A stretch of DNA of 64,000 nucleotides from Mobula hypostoma (GCF_963921235.1 NC_086123.1:30938001-31002000); one strand, 5' to 3'; counted from the first letter of the stretch, positions 1-12,421 are shown. A program made the numbers and translations. Notes: generated by a model from the letters alone, not told the origin.

Positions 1-1080
1 CTTTCTGAGATATAGGGACCAAAACCGTTGAAATATGTCATGATTTTTTTTTGCGGCAGCAGTACTGTGCAATACATAAAATTACTACAGTACTGTGCAG
101 AAGTCTTAGCCACCCTAGCTATATACTGCATGTGCGCAAGACTTTTGCACAGTACTGTTCATCATACGGTCGTATGGTCGTATTGAGTTCAAAGTTTGCT
201 GGGCACACCAGGTCCTCCGTAATCGGGCTCAGGTTTAGCAAGCTGCAATGGGACTGTTTCAGGGGAAATCAGAACAGGGTTTTAACCACCGGCAGCAAAA
301 AGCTGACTCGATGGGGTAACTCCGCAGGTCAGGTAGACCTGTGAAAGTTGGGGGAAGTCGACGCGTCGGACCGGGAGTCCCGATGCAGGGTCTTGACCTG
401 AAAGGTCGACCATCTCTCTGTATTCACAGACGCCGCTCAACCCGACGAGTTCCTCCAGCACTTCGCTTTTTATCCAGATTCCTGCAATGGCAGTTCAGTG
501 TGCCAAACCGATTTCGCTCCTTTTCTCCGAACCTTTCATCTAATCAGTGGCCGAGAAAGTGCGTGAATTAGAGATAAAGACTGCAGATACTCAGGGCCGT
601 GTTAAATGACCCACTTGTGTAGTTTTATAAGCTTGGCGTACTCAAATCAGCGTTCCACAGAGACAAATAAAACAAATTAACACCCCCCCCCCGCCCCGCC
701 CGACACACACACCACTTCTCCCCGCGCGATCATCTGCCGTGAATTACTTCGGTTTGACTCTCAGCCAACACTGCTTTCCCGCACAGAAAGTGTTCACTCC
801 GAACCCAGACTCCCGAGTCACCCTATTCACACACGCGTTATTATCTTCGCAACATTAATGAACATTTTACGCACTATCTCAACAAGCCACACAATAATCC
901 CATAGGAACGATTCCAGCCGAGGTCTTTTTATCCGGTTTTAAGGTTAAAGGAGGAGCGAAGAGCCCAACTATGCTCACCGCGGTGCAGCGGATATTCCGA
1001 CTTTTCAATAAAGTCCCCCGCCCGCCCTCCGTCTTCCTGGCGACGAAAGCTCTGAGCCTGAAACCACGGATCGGCATCTC

Positions 1081-1588
1081 CAGACATCCCACCCTGCAAA
1101 AACTGATTTCAGGGAGGTAGCACCATCAATTTGCGGGAGAGGTGGGATGTCTGCAATAGAGTAGCTCCTTAGCAGCTGGCCAGCTAGTTTAAATAACGTT
1201 AGCTATGCTAATGAACGAATGACACCTGTTAAACTCACCTCAGCATGTCTTTTACAGTCTTAACCCACCATGGGCAATAGAAAAGTCACTGTTACAAACA
1301 GTGCAGCGAGCAACACTGTCATTATTTTGACCCCTATTAGGCCGGGGTACACTTTAGTGTAGTCTGGGGTGAAGTACGTTTTATATTTTTTTTGGAACAC
1401 TCTGCCATGGCGTGCTCTCTCTCTCTCTCTCTCTCTCTCGTGGTCGCTCTCGCGCTCTCTCTTGCTTTTCTCTCTCTCGCTCTCAAAAAAATTGATTTCC
1501 GTGATATCGTATATAATTTGCGGGCATCAGGGAGCCACTATTAATATGCGGGAGACTCCCGGAAGTTCCGGGAGAGGTGGGATGTCTG
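1081..1588. mobile_element. Non-autonomous DNA transposon (MITE-like), TIR CAGACATCCCACC, 6-bp TSD CATCTC
   Basis: Terminal inverted repeats; CATCTC at 1075-1080 and 1589-1594; second copy at 6105-11613 in the opposite orientation. Confidence 0.8.
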
Positions 1589-1634
1589 CATCTCCCTCCA
1601 TATGAACTGCCTGACCCACGGTGTTCCTCAAACA

Positions 1635-1925
1635 GGAGAAAATCTGCAGATGGTGTAAATCCAAAGCAACACACACAAAATGCTGGAGGAGCTCAGCGTC
1701 TATGGAAAAGAGTGCACAGTCGACGTTTCGGGACGTGACCCTTCATCAGGACTGGGAATAGCGGTGGGCGGGAGGTGGACTGTCATTTCATCTTTTTTTT
1801 TTATCCCCAGTCCTGAAGAAGGGCCTCGGCTCGAAGCGTAGGCTGTTCACTGTTTTCCACAGATGCTGCCTGACCTGCTGAGTTTCCCCAGTGTTTTGTG
1901 CGTTACGCGATTCCAGCACCTGCTT
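1635..1925. repeat. Short interspersed repeat with inverted arms (Penelope-derived type); related pieces at ~290-490 and ~15390-16050 and equivalents in each unit
   Basis: Arms aaatgctggaggagctcagc...cttcatcaggactgg and ccagtcctgaagaaggg...ctgctgagtttccccag are inverted copies of each other. Family assignment from recall only. Confidence 0.45.
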
Positions 1926-2229
1926 TCTTTCGCGAAGCTAGTTTACCGAGGTCGACCGTGTAAAATAGCGAAACAAGCATCGCAAAACCATAAACGTATC
2001 GATGTGGGAAGCAGGAGCGGCCATTTCACCTGCTCCACAGTTCAGTGAAAATCCCGATTGACCTGCCCCTTGCCGCCACTTCTCTGCAGTCACTCCAAAT
2101 CCATCGAATCCCTTTCTATAAAGTTTCTTTTTCTGATTAACCATTCTCTCCTTGTATATTGTCAACTGTAACCTGAAGACTACGGTTCAGAGAATTGTAT
2201 GTTATATACAGTACTTTATATTCAAAGAA

Positions 2230-2640
2230 AAAATCAAATGAAAATGAGAACTTTGAGATTACCAAATAAAGTCTTACAATTCTTGGCAGTACAGGGAATC
2301 AGGACGAATTTGCAAAAAGATCTGATCTGCAAGATGTCTTCTGTGCCTTTTACTCCGCACCGTCTCTCAGCTCCGCACCGTGTCTGTGTGGGCTTCTCCC
2401 GAGCGCTGCCGATCTACTTTCCGGTGTCAGACCCGTCTCCGCCTCCCCCCGCCCGCTATATTTTATTTTCCGCGCCGTTTCTGACCCTCGCCGAGCCGCT
2501 GTCCTGATTGCACAGCCCTGATGCTGACGGTGACGACAAACAAACCAACCAGATTCCAGCCGGACTTCCCGAGAAATTCCCCTGCCGTGTTTGGAAAAAG
2601 TCTCCATCTTGTTCCAGGGTTGAAGATTATCGGCTGTCTC
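2230..2640 (-). promoter_or_regulatory. Diverged homolog of the promoter/exon 1 block (unit 0; CDS not in window)
   Basis: Aligns by eye to 14405-14820 (aaaatgagaactttgagat..., gacaaacaaaccaa..., aaattcccc). 781-875 aligns to intron sequence at ~14010-14105. ISRE replaced by GGACTTCCCGAGAA. Confidence 0.6.
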
Positions 2641-2669
2641 ATTGAACCCTCAGGAAGGCTAAACGAAGG

Positions 2670-4415
2670 CATGCTCTAGCAGATAAACTGAAGAAGAATC
2701 CCAAGGGCTTCTACAGATAAATTACGAGCAAAAGAATTGCGAGGAACAAAATTGGTCCTCTTGAAGATCAGAGTGGTCATCAATGCATGAGGCCGAAAGA
2801 GACGGGGGTGGGGTGGGGGGAGAGATTTTAAACAGATTTTTTTTGCGTCTGTATTTACTCAGGAGACCGATAGGTCTTTAGGAATTAGCAACAGCAGTGT
2901 GGTCACAGACCGTATACGGATTACATAGGAGGAGCTGGTTACTGTCTTGAGGCAAATCAGAGTGAATAAAGCCCCAGGGCCTGACAAGGTGTTTCCTATG
3001 ACCTTGTGGGAGGCGAGTGAAGAAAATGCAGCGGCCCGAGCAGAGATATTGAAACGTCCATAGCAACAGAAGAGGTGTCGGATGATTGGCTAATGTTTTT
3101 CCGTTGTTTAAGAAAGGCGGGAAATTATAGGTCACTGAGCCTGCTATCAGAGTGGGAAAGTGTTTGGAAGTTATTTTACGGGACAGTATTATCACGTACC
3201 CGGTGACGGGTTAAAGAACCGGCAGAAATATAAAACACTTTGGAGTCCAGTATTGCTATTAACTAATAATACTTAGTAGTAACTATGCAATACAGTGATA
3301 TAAATGCAGGTAAATCAAACAGGTTAGCAATAATAATATGTAAGTGTGCAAAAATATATGAAAACCAAGCTTCTTCAAGTCTAGGAGTAAATAGTCTTAC
3401 GATGATGAGTAAAGTTCAGTTCAGTTCGTGGTGTTGAGTTGAGTAGTGATGGAGAGAGAGAGAGGGAGAGATTTGAGTCTTCAGGTGAGTTGACGCCATC
3501 GATCTTCCCGTCGTCCTCTGAAATCCTTTAAAAGGCACCGACTGTGACTTCAACAAAGGGGACCATTTTTCTGTGGTGGAATCATCAACCCAGGCAAAGG
3601 TTGGACACATGGATCACTCCCCACCGGTCACTCCTTTTTCTCACTGCAAGAGCCACTGATCGATACTCCAAAAACCCACTTTTTTTGTGGGCACAACAAA
3701 GCTGATTCAGTGTCTAAAAATATATGCCTGAGGTCTATCATCTGACCTCCTATTTATCTCACTGTACTGAATACCAACTGTCACTCAAATAAGTCCTCCC
3801 ATCTCTGTCTGTGTAAGAGTGTACTAGCATGCCATGTCCTTGGGAAGTATAAGCACCCTGCCGAAAAAAATCATAACATCGATTGTCCATCAAATGACTC
3901 CACCCTCGGTCACCATAGCGACTTATGAGCTGCTCGGTGCTCTCTCTCTCCAACTGAGCAGAAATCCAAAAGTTAATCACAGTTCCTCCTCGTGCCTTAA
4001 AGTGACAGTCCAAAAGTTAGTCTTCGTCTCTCTCTCTCTTTCTTTCTCTCTCTCTTTTCAAAACAAGATGTTGGTGTTAAATAACTCTCTCTCTTCAAAA
4101 GCACAGTTCATTGGGGTAATCGAGCACAGTTTCTATTCAGGGCTAATTCAGGACTCCATCACAGTATATATAAGTATTTGGATAGGCAAGGATTGATTAG
4201 GGATAGTCAACAGGGCTTTATGCGTCGTAGGTCGTGTCTAACCAAATTTATAGAATTTTTGCAGAAAGTTACCAGGAAAATTGATGAAGGTAGAGCAGTG
4301 GATGTTGTCTACATGAACTTTAGCAAGTCCTCTGACAAGGTCCTGCATGGGAGGTTTGTCAGAAGATTCAGTCACTTGACTTTCAGGATGAGTTAGTAAA
4401 TTAGACATTGGCTGC
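2670..4415 (+). mobile_element. Decayed CR1 LINE fragment interrupted by a solo LTR
   Basis: Homologous to the CR1 ORF2 at 28184+ (NPKGFY..., LDRQGLIRDSQQGF...VDVVYMNFSK). Confidence 0.8.
3190..4163. mobile_element. Solo LTR (Gypsy-type), 4-bp TSD GTAT
   Basis: tatcacgtaccc...catcaca termini resemble the LTR at 6417; GTAT on both sides; CR1 sequence resumes after it. Confidence 0.75.
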
Positions 4416-6253
4416 AGATCCCACAGTGCAGAAATATACCATTCAATGCCAGCAAATATCCATCCATACTAATCCCACTTTTCAGCTCACTGTCTCTGGC
4501 CTTACACGACATGCTGCTTCATGCACATTGAAATACAGTGGATTGTAGTTAGTTAGGACACATTGGGACCAAAGTATGTGGCTGCCCCAATTAGCTGAAG
4601 TCTCATGGAAAAGTTAATCTGATAGGAAAGGACAATGGACCATGGAAAGAGATGGGGAACCAGCGAGGTGATGGGCAAGTCATGAAGGTGGGGAGGAAAG
4701 TGGTGAGAGGACGAACAAAATGGGAAAAACTAAAGGGTGGACACATTGGATTGATTACTTACCGGAAGTTCAAGGTAAATGCTGTCAGGTTAAAGACTAC
4801 ACAGACAAAACTTGTATTTGGCTTCATCATGGCAGAGTCCTAAGTAGTCCTTCCAGGTGAGGTGGACATTCACATGCATCTCCTATGGCCTTGTTTAATG
4901 TACCAGGTGCTTCCCATGTGGTGTCCTCTACATTGGTGAGATCAAGTGCAAACTAAGCCTTCCTCTCATATCAGATTATATCATCTGCAGCTCTTTATCA
5001 CCTCCCAGCTTCTGTCACCATTCCCACTCTCCCTCCTCCATCTGCCTGTCATCCCTTCTCACCTGGATCTATCTGTTGTCTAGGGCAGCAATGAAGGACC
5101 TCCATCTCCATCTGTCCAGAAGGTTTCTTCATTGCTGTTTCTGTGACAATTGTTTATTGACCAGTCACGGTTCTTATCCATGAGCTGAACACCTGAACCT
5201 GGAGGTGCGGTGGTCCACTGTTAGTCTGCCCTCTACCCTTTGACCTGTTTGGCACAGGTGACCTTACCTAGAACCAAAGCACAAGGCCCTCACTGCAGCC
5301 GACATAGCTCTCCAGGTCACTGAGGCACGCAATCCTCCAAACTCTACGACAAGGTTGTGGTCCTCTTAGAGTAGATTTACCCGAGCAATCATTAACTATT
5401 TGAGATGTCAGTTGGGCATTTGTAATACTCAGCGTAAACATTCTAAAAATTGTGGAATCATATAATTTGTATAATGATTAAGTTAATATGCAGAATTATC
5501 TTCTGGCATGTGTTACTGTCTTAATTATCTTGGGGGCTCAACTCAGAATTGAAAAAATGTTGAACCAAAAAATCAAATTCCACCTAATTCTTAAAATGCA
5601 TGGACTAATTGATAGGTTTGTTTTATTTCACCTCTTCTTGGTCCAACAGGAGTCTTTTAGTTTTTAAAAGAAAAAATGGGACAATTTTGAAATCATAATT
5701 TAAAGTTAATTGATTATTCAGGTTTTACAAGACAAAAGGATCATTTCGGCCACGCTACATCAGCAAAATTGAAGGTAAGTTTAAATTCAGCACCTTAATA
5801 CCATCTGCCCCAATCAAACGTGTTTCTATTTCAGTTAAATCTATATCCAAAGCAAGGGGCTGGCATATATGCAAATGTGTTGGAACAGGAAATTCATACT
5901 GGAACTTTCGAAAACTGTTTTCACAATTCCATGCATAATGATGTAGGAAAGGGAGTAAGTGAAGTAAGAGTAACACACAGTGGGGAATAGTGAGAGTTAA
6001 ACTGCAATATTTGCTTGGGGTATAATAAGAAATAATGCAGAATAGCTTATATAATAATTCCATTGTGTAAAGTGTGTAATGTGAATTAGGTTTTTTGGGA
6101 TTATCAGTCATCCCACCTCTCCCGGAAATTTCGGGAGTCTCCTGCATATTAATAGTGGCTCCCTGATGCCCGCAAATTATATAAAATGTCCTGGAAATCA
6201 ATTTTTTGGAGAGTGAAAAGGGAGCGAGCGCGAGAGAGACCATGAGAGTGTGT

Positions 6254-6258
<5 letters not shown>

Positions 6259-6302
<44 letters not shown>
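6259..6302 (+). repeat. (AG)n microsatellite inside the MITE
   Basis: Direct observation; the counterpart (CT)n lies at ~1415-1440. Confidence 0.95.
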
Positions 6303-6303
<1 letters not shown>

Positions 6304-7410
6304 AGGAGAACGAGAGTGACGATGAGAGAGAGAGAACGCACCCCATGGCTGAGTGTTCCAAAAAAAGAAAATATAAAGCGTACATCACCCCAGACTACAC
6401 TAAAGTGTACTCCTGCTGTTACGTACCCCGTAACTGGGTTGCTAAGAAAGTTTTATTAAAGAAACAAGCAACACAGTACTCTAATTAAAAGGATAATGAA
6501 TGCAACAGTTCAGCAATGATAAACATACATGTACACAGAATTAAGATAACAGGATCAATCAAGCTCTATCGTTGTCTAGGGGCAAATGACCAGTTTCAAA
6601 GTGACACAAAGTTCAGTCCAATTTAGTTCAGTTCGCAGTAATCGTTGCCATGGCGATGGACAGTGGGGGGGCGAGGAGAGAGAGCAAAATGAATGAATAT
6701 TCAACACAGCTTCCACACACAGACCTTCGCAGTCAGCTGTCGGGTGAGTCCTTTGTGATGTCATCTGAGGTCACCGACCGTGACCCCTCCGTTTCCAGAT
6801 ACGATCGTTTCCCTGCGCTGAACCTGGCACCCAGGCAAGGGTGGACACACACCAGGTTCCCGCCGATCGTGCCTTTCCACCCCTGTGTGTTTTATGGCTT
6901 GATCCCGCGATCAGCCGTCCAAAAGCTTCCCACCGACTTGTGAGAGGCGCACCGCATCCAGGGTCTCGTTACCTCGGGTGTCGTGTGTGTGTCCTGCCTT
7001 AGCGAACCTGTCCCTTTTTATCCCCCTGCTGGGGTATCGCCTGTCCATCACTTCAAACAGTTCAGGGTTCAAAGGGGGAGCCGCTCTAGACAGCTCTCTC
7101 TCCCGTCCCTTCATTACACATCTCCAAATGTTCCTCCATTGTCTTCCTTATCTCTCTCTCTCCCGAAGACAGGTGGCAGACCAACTGCTGATCACACAGG
7201 ACAGCTAACATCTATCCATGTGTATTCTTGTCACACTTCCCCCCTTTAAGGATTTTTACCGGGGGGTAAAAATTACAAACATGAATACATTATTTGATAC
7301 ACACACGAATATACTTCTTTATCAGCTATTTGGCTAACACAGCGAATTTGAAGTTGTCAACACCTTGACAGACAGTCAGCCATCACATTTTCTGTTCCTT
7401 TTATATGTTA

Positions 7411-9091
7411 TTAATAATCCCTTGGACCAGGTTCCAACTCAGCAAACTTCATAGTGGCCAAAAACACTGATGAATTGCGATCAATGTAACCTCTCATATG
7501 ATTTTGTCCCGGACCACAATAACAAGGGTCGTCCCATTCCGACCTAGTTTTCTCTCGCAAGAGCTTAGTAGGAGGGGGAGGGGTAGTAACCGCAGTGTTA
7601 TTGCAAAACTTCCTACAGTACCCCACCATCTCCAAGAGCCTTCTGAGGGCCCTCTTGTCTGTCGGGGTTGGGAGGTCAGCGATAGCCTGCACTGTAGCTT
7701 GCATCGCTGCCAGCTGCCCCTGTGTCACCACAATTCCCAGGTAAGTGACCTTCGTGTGGACGAACTCATTTTTTTTCAAGGTTCACTATCAAGCTGGCTT
7801 CAGACAGCCGTATTAAATTGCCAATACACACCTCTGTGTTCGTCAGCCCTTTAGTCACTGAATTACTCATTCTATATGAATGTTGCTTACTAGGCTGACC
7901 CACCCAACGTCCCAGTTCTTTGCATCGCCTCGGGACAATCAAACACACGGGTGCGAGTCGTTTAATTACTTCCCCTAAAGAGTCGCTTTGTTCGGGGATT
8001 AAGGGAGAGACCTTATCAGCAGACCTGGCCAAAACAATAGCCTTCTCTCATCTGGTCGATACCATACTCACCTTTTCAAAATGGTTTTTCTCTCTTATCG
8101 GGGGGACCCTAGCTTCATTGATTTCCACGCTAACACCGACTAGGTTTGTTAGCATATCAAAAGCCTGTGACCGTCCCAGTTCGCGTCGGCCATAATCAAT
8201 AACATCCTTCCCCCTGGGCAGCCGGTAAACCTCTTTCATGATTCCACCAACCGTTCCCTCCAGTACCGCAAAATGTCCACCGGGGGGTACCTTGTGGGCC
8301 AGGTTAAAAATCTCATCCTCATAACTCTTTTGCACCACCCCCCATTCCTCATCTGCGGGTACTGTACTTGATTTCCCTTTCTTCCTTAGCACTTCCTCCT
8401 CCGCACAATAGCCTACTAGTTCCCTTGTTAAGTCTGTGTCAGAGAGAGCTGTCTCTGCCAAAACCATCAGCCCCTCGTCTCGCTCCTGCGTCTGCACAAA
8501 TTCTTTCCTGGCTACTGCTATGTCCGTCCCAGCTCCCTCACTACCTCTTGTCTCACTACACTCCTTCTTTTCACTTTCTACCCCCTTCTCGTACAAGGTT
8601 GGCAGAAACGTCTCAGCTAAATTCACTATCGCGGTCCCGTGATGAACCTGTGAGTCCATGGGCGGGGCCTCAATGCTGGCAGGCTGACCTGTCAATCTCA
8701 CGACTGGGAACACGATTCCCCCGGCGATGTCATTACCGAGCAAGACTTCCACGCCTTTCATCGGTAATTCGGACCTCACCCCGATCGTGACTAGTCCAGA
8801 GACCAGGTTGCTTTGTAAGTGTATCTGGTGCAAAGGGACTGACTCTGTCCCTTCCCCAACACCTTTGACCTTTACCTCCCCAGTCTGGGTCTCTGAGCTA
8901 AACTCTAATACGCTCTTCAGTATTAGTGACTGACACGCTCCCGTGTCTCTCCAGATCCGCACTGGAACTGGTTTTAACCCCTCCTTCACTGACATCAATC
9001 CGGCCGAGATAAACTTCTCGCGCCCTTCCTGAACTTTGGCAGACCTGTCCTTCCCTAGCGGTTCGTGTACCAGCTCGATACAGCCAGTCAA
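7411..9091 (-). pseudogene. pol: pol remnant: aspartic protease, integrase HH remnant, RT C-terminal remnant
   Basis: RDTGACQS and LLGND (protease); AHKVPPGGHF (integrase Zn-finger histidines); VTYLG...PTPTDKRALRRLLEMVGYCRKF (RT). No YxDD or DDE core seen. Confidence 0.75.
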
Positions 9092-9103
9092 AATTGCCGT
9101 TTT

Positions 9104-10286
9104 TCATTTTCCCGTCTCCTTCTTTGGGGCAAAGCACCTGGACGCAAAGTGTCCGACTTTCCCGCAATTATAACAGACGACCCCAGGAGACTTCCTGCCA
9201 GACTGCTCCCGGTCTACCTTATCCTTCTCACTAGTCCCCGGCTTACTTTCTGACTTTTCTGGCGGACTCTCCCCGCCGTCCTGACTACCCTTCTGGTAGC
9301 CTTTACTCCGGGCAAACTTCATTTTATGCGTCAACGCATACTCATCCGCTAACTTAGCAGTTGCGGCTAACGTGGCTGCCTCTTTCTCATCTAGGTAGGG
9401 TCTCATACCCTCAGGGACACAACCTTTAAACTGCTCAATCAGGATCAGCTGTAGCAGTCTGTCATAATCCTCCTCTACCCCTTTTGAGGCGCACCAACTC
9501 TCACAATATGTCTGCATCTCACGGGCAAACTCTAAATACGTGCGGTCCCACTGCTTCCTCGCATTCCGGAACCTCTGCCGGTATGCCTCCGGGACCAACT
9601 CATAAATCCTGAGGATGGCCTCTTTCACCGCCTCATACCTCTGAGCATCTTCCTTGGACAAAGCGGAGTAAGCTTGTTGGGCTTTCCCTTTCAGTACACT
9701 CTGAAGTAAAACCACCCACTTATCCCTCGGCCAGTCCTGACTTATAGCCACTTTCTCGAAATGGAGAAAGTACCGATCCACGTCGGTATCGTCAAACGGG
9801 GGAACCAGCCTAACCTCCTGGGTCGCCCGGAACCCTCCACCTTGGTTCGGCACGAGCCCTGCTCGGCCCTTATCCTTAACTTCTCCAGCTCAAATTCCCT
9901 TTCCTTCTGTTTCTCCAACTGCCTCTCTCTCTCTCTTGCCTTTCTAACTCTCTCTCCTTCTCTTCTCGCTGCAACTGTCTATCCCTCTCTTTCTCTTCTC
10001 GCTCCAACTGCCGTACCCGGAAGTCGTGCTCGAGTCTCAGTTTTTCAAGCTGCACCTGTACCGCGTCTCCAGCAGGTTTTTCAATAGACACCACCTCCAG
10101 CTCGCCTTGGGGAAACACACCTTTAGATACATAGTGCTCTACGATAGCTCTGTGTATCTCCTCTCTCCTCATTGTCGACTTCCCCTTAGCAAGATTCAAC
10201 AGTTTGGCCACAGCTACCAATTCCGATTTCCTGGCATCCTCTAATGCCTCCAAGGTCGGCGCCTTTATAAATTCCTCAGCCTCCAT
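9104..10286 (-). pseudogene. gag: gag (frameshifted): coiled-coil, SCAN/capsid-like domain, CCHC knuckle
   Basis: PEAYRQRFR...LILIEQFKGCVP and CYNCGKVGHFASRC motifs; split across ORFs 9876-10286 and 9104-9853. Confidence 0.85.
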
Positions 10287-12362
10287 TTCTGCTGTTTGTC
10301 TTTTCTTTCTTTCGGGAATTTTGACCCAATCAATTTACTCCATCCCAAATTTAGCGTTCAAAATCGCGGACGAGAACCCCACTTATGTTACGTACCCCGT
10401 AACTGGGTTGCCAAACCAGCAGAAATGGATCGCTCAGTTGGAATCTGGATTACTAGAACTAAGAAAGTTTTATTAAAGAAACAAGCAACATAGTACTCTA
10501 ATTAAAAGGATAACGAATGCAACAATTCAGCAATGATAAACATACATGTACACAGAATTAAGATAACAGGATCAATCAAGCTCTATCGTTGTCTAGGGGC
10601 AAATGACCAGTTTCAAAGTGACACAAAGTTCAGTTCAATTTAGATCAGTTCACAGTAATCGTTGCCATGGCGATGGACAGTGGGGGGGGGGAGGAGAGAG
10701 AGCAAAACGAATGAATATTCAACACAGCTTCTACACACAGACCTTCGCAGTCAGCTGTCGGGCGAGTCCTTTGTAATGTCATCTGAGGTCACCGACCGTG
10801 ACCCCTCCATTTCCAGATACGATCGTTTCCCTGTGCTGAACCTGGCACCCAGGCAAGGGTGGACACACACCAGGTTCCCGCCGATCGTGCTTTTCCACCC
10901 TGTGTGTTTTATGGCTTGATCCCGCGATCAGCCGTCCAAAAGCTTCCCACCGACTTGTGAGAGGCGCACCGCTTCCAGGGTCTCGTTACCTCGGGTGTCG
11001 TGTGTGTGTCCTGCCTTAGCGAACCTGTCCCTTTTTATCCCCCTGCTGGGGTATTGCCTGTCCATCACTTCAAACAGTTCAGGGTTCAAAGGGGGAGCCG
11101 CTCTAGACAGCGCTCTCTCCCGTCCCTTCATTACACATCTCCAAATCGCCTGTCCATCACTTCAAACAGTTCAGGGTTCAAAGGGGGAGCCGCTCTAGAC
11201 AGCGCTCTCTCCCGTCCCTTCATTACACATCTCCAAATGCTGCTCCATTGTCTTCCTTATCTCTCTCTCTCCCGAAGACAGGTGGCAGACCAACTGCTGA
11301 TCACACAGGACAGCTAACATCTATCTATGTGTATTCTTGTCACACTGCCTAATAGGGGTCGAAAATATTGACAGTGCTGTTCGCTGCACTTTTCTATTGT
11401 CCATGGTGGGTTAAGACTGTAAAAGACATGTTGAGGTGAGTTTAACAGGTGTCATTCGTTCATTAGCATAGCTAACATTATTTAAACTAGCCGGCTAGCT
11501 GCTCAGGAGCTACTCTATTGCAGACATCCCACCTCTCCCAGAAGTTCCAGGAGTCTCCCGCAAATTGATGGTGCTACCTCCCTGAAATGACTTTTTGCAG
11601 GGTGGGATGTCTGTATTCTTGCACATGATTCAAATGCTACAATCAAACTTTGGTCAAGATACTTAATCTCTTACCAAGGTCTATAGACCTAGATGAAAGC
11701 AGTCACACAGAAATACCAGTGTCATTACATTTAGACTTTTATTAAAAAATTATTTCAAATCATCGTGGAAATTTCAACAGTGAAAATTGCAAAACATTTA
11801 GAACTTCAACTAATCTGATTTCATTAAATTTTAATGCTAAAATGAAAATAAAGATCCATTGGAAGAACACAGTAACTGAAGCAATTAATTCTTGAGGGCA
11901 TTAAGGTAAGCAGTAAGTCATCTCTCCCTCCCCCATCAAACCCAATCTTTTCAGTGGGATTTGTTTTAAAACATTGTAAATTGGAATTGCCACAACAGTT
12001 ATTTCTGGGTCTCTGAGTGAGACCCGTTTTGTGTGGGAAGTCATAGACCATCATATTGTGATCAGCCATTCGGAGTTACATTGATCTGAAGAAGAGGTGC
12101 AGGTTGCCAGGTTTCCTTTGATCTTGTTAATATCTGGCCTATGCAAAACTGACAACCCATGTTTTCCAGGCTAAGAAGGCAACAAGGTGACAAGCGTCAA
12201 ATCTCGATGGGAATTTATGTCATTGCCCGACAGACACCCCATCAGTACAGCATTAATACAGAGCGGAAATCGGTCCTTTGTCCAACTTGTGAATGCCAGT
12301 GTGGAACGTAGCAGATAGTCAGGATAAAGTAACAAAGTGCTAACGACAGAATATAGGAATGC

Positions 12363-12390
12363 AATAAAATACCAATAAATTATTTTTAAT
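12363..12390. terminator. Bidirectional poly(A) signal cluster (repeated after every ISG15-like gene)
   Basis: ATTAAA on minus strand (12385-12390) about 30 nt after the stop of A; two AATAAA on plus strand (12363, 12374) after the convergent terminal exon. Confidence 0.6.
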
Positions 12391-12421
12391 CACAGTTCAC
12401 TCAACCGTCCGCGGGAGTAAA

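Larger units (their letters stand above)
6417..11344 (-). mobile_element. Internally deleted Gmr1-like Ty3/Gypsy LTR retrotransposon
   Basis: TG..CA LTRs at 6417-7235 (3') and 10386-11344 (5'); TSD CTGC; tRNA-Pro-like PBS at ~10362-10381; PPT at 7236-7247; gag, protease, integrase Zn-finger remnant and RT remnant in that order. Confidence 0.9.
6105..11613. mobile_element. Second copy of the CAGACATCCC MITE, split by the LTR retrotransposon
   Basis: TIRs at 6105 and 11601-11613; flanks GATTAT and TATTCT versus GAATCT/GAATCA at the empty sites in other units. Confidence 0.75.
5722..12311 (+). pseudogene. Last three exons (5722-5774, 11854-11905, 12170-12311) of an unidentified convergent gene, co-duplicated in each unit
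   Basis: AG/GT-bounded exons with matching phases splice to ..FYKTKGSFRPRYISKIE-DPLEEHSN*SN*FLRAL-RLRRQQGDKRQISMGIYVIARQTPHQYSINTERKSVLCPTCECQCGT*. CTGAC branch point before the last exon, AATAAA after it. In-frame stops in the middle exon. Confidence 0.6.

Noticed and set aside
10360-10382. tRNA gene
   Set aside because: Only ~20 nt matching a tRNA-Pro 3' end next to the LTR, which is the primer-binding site.
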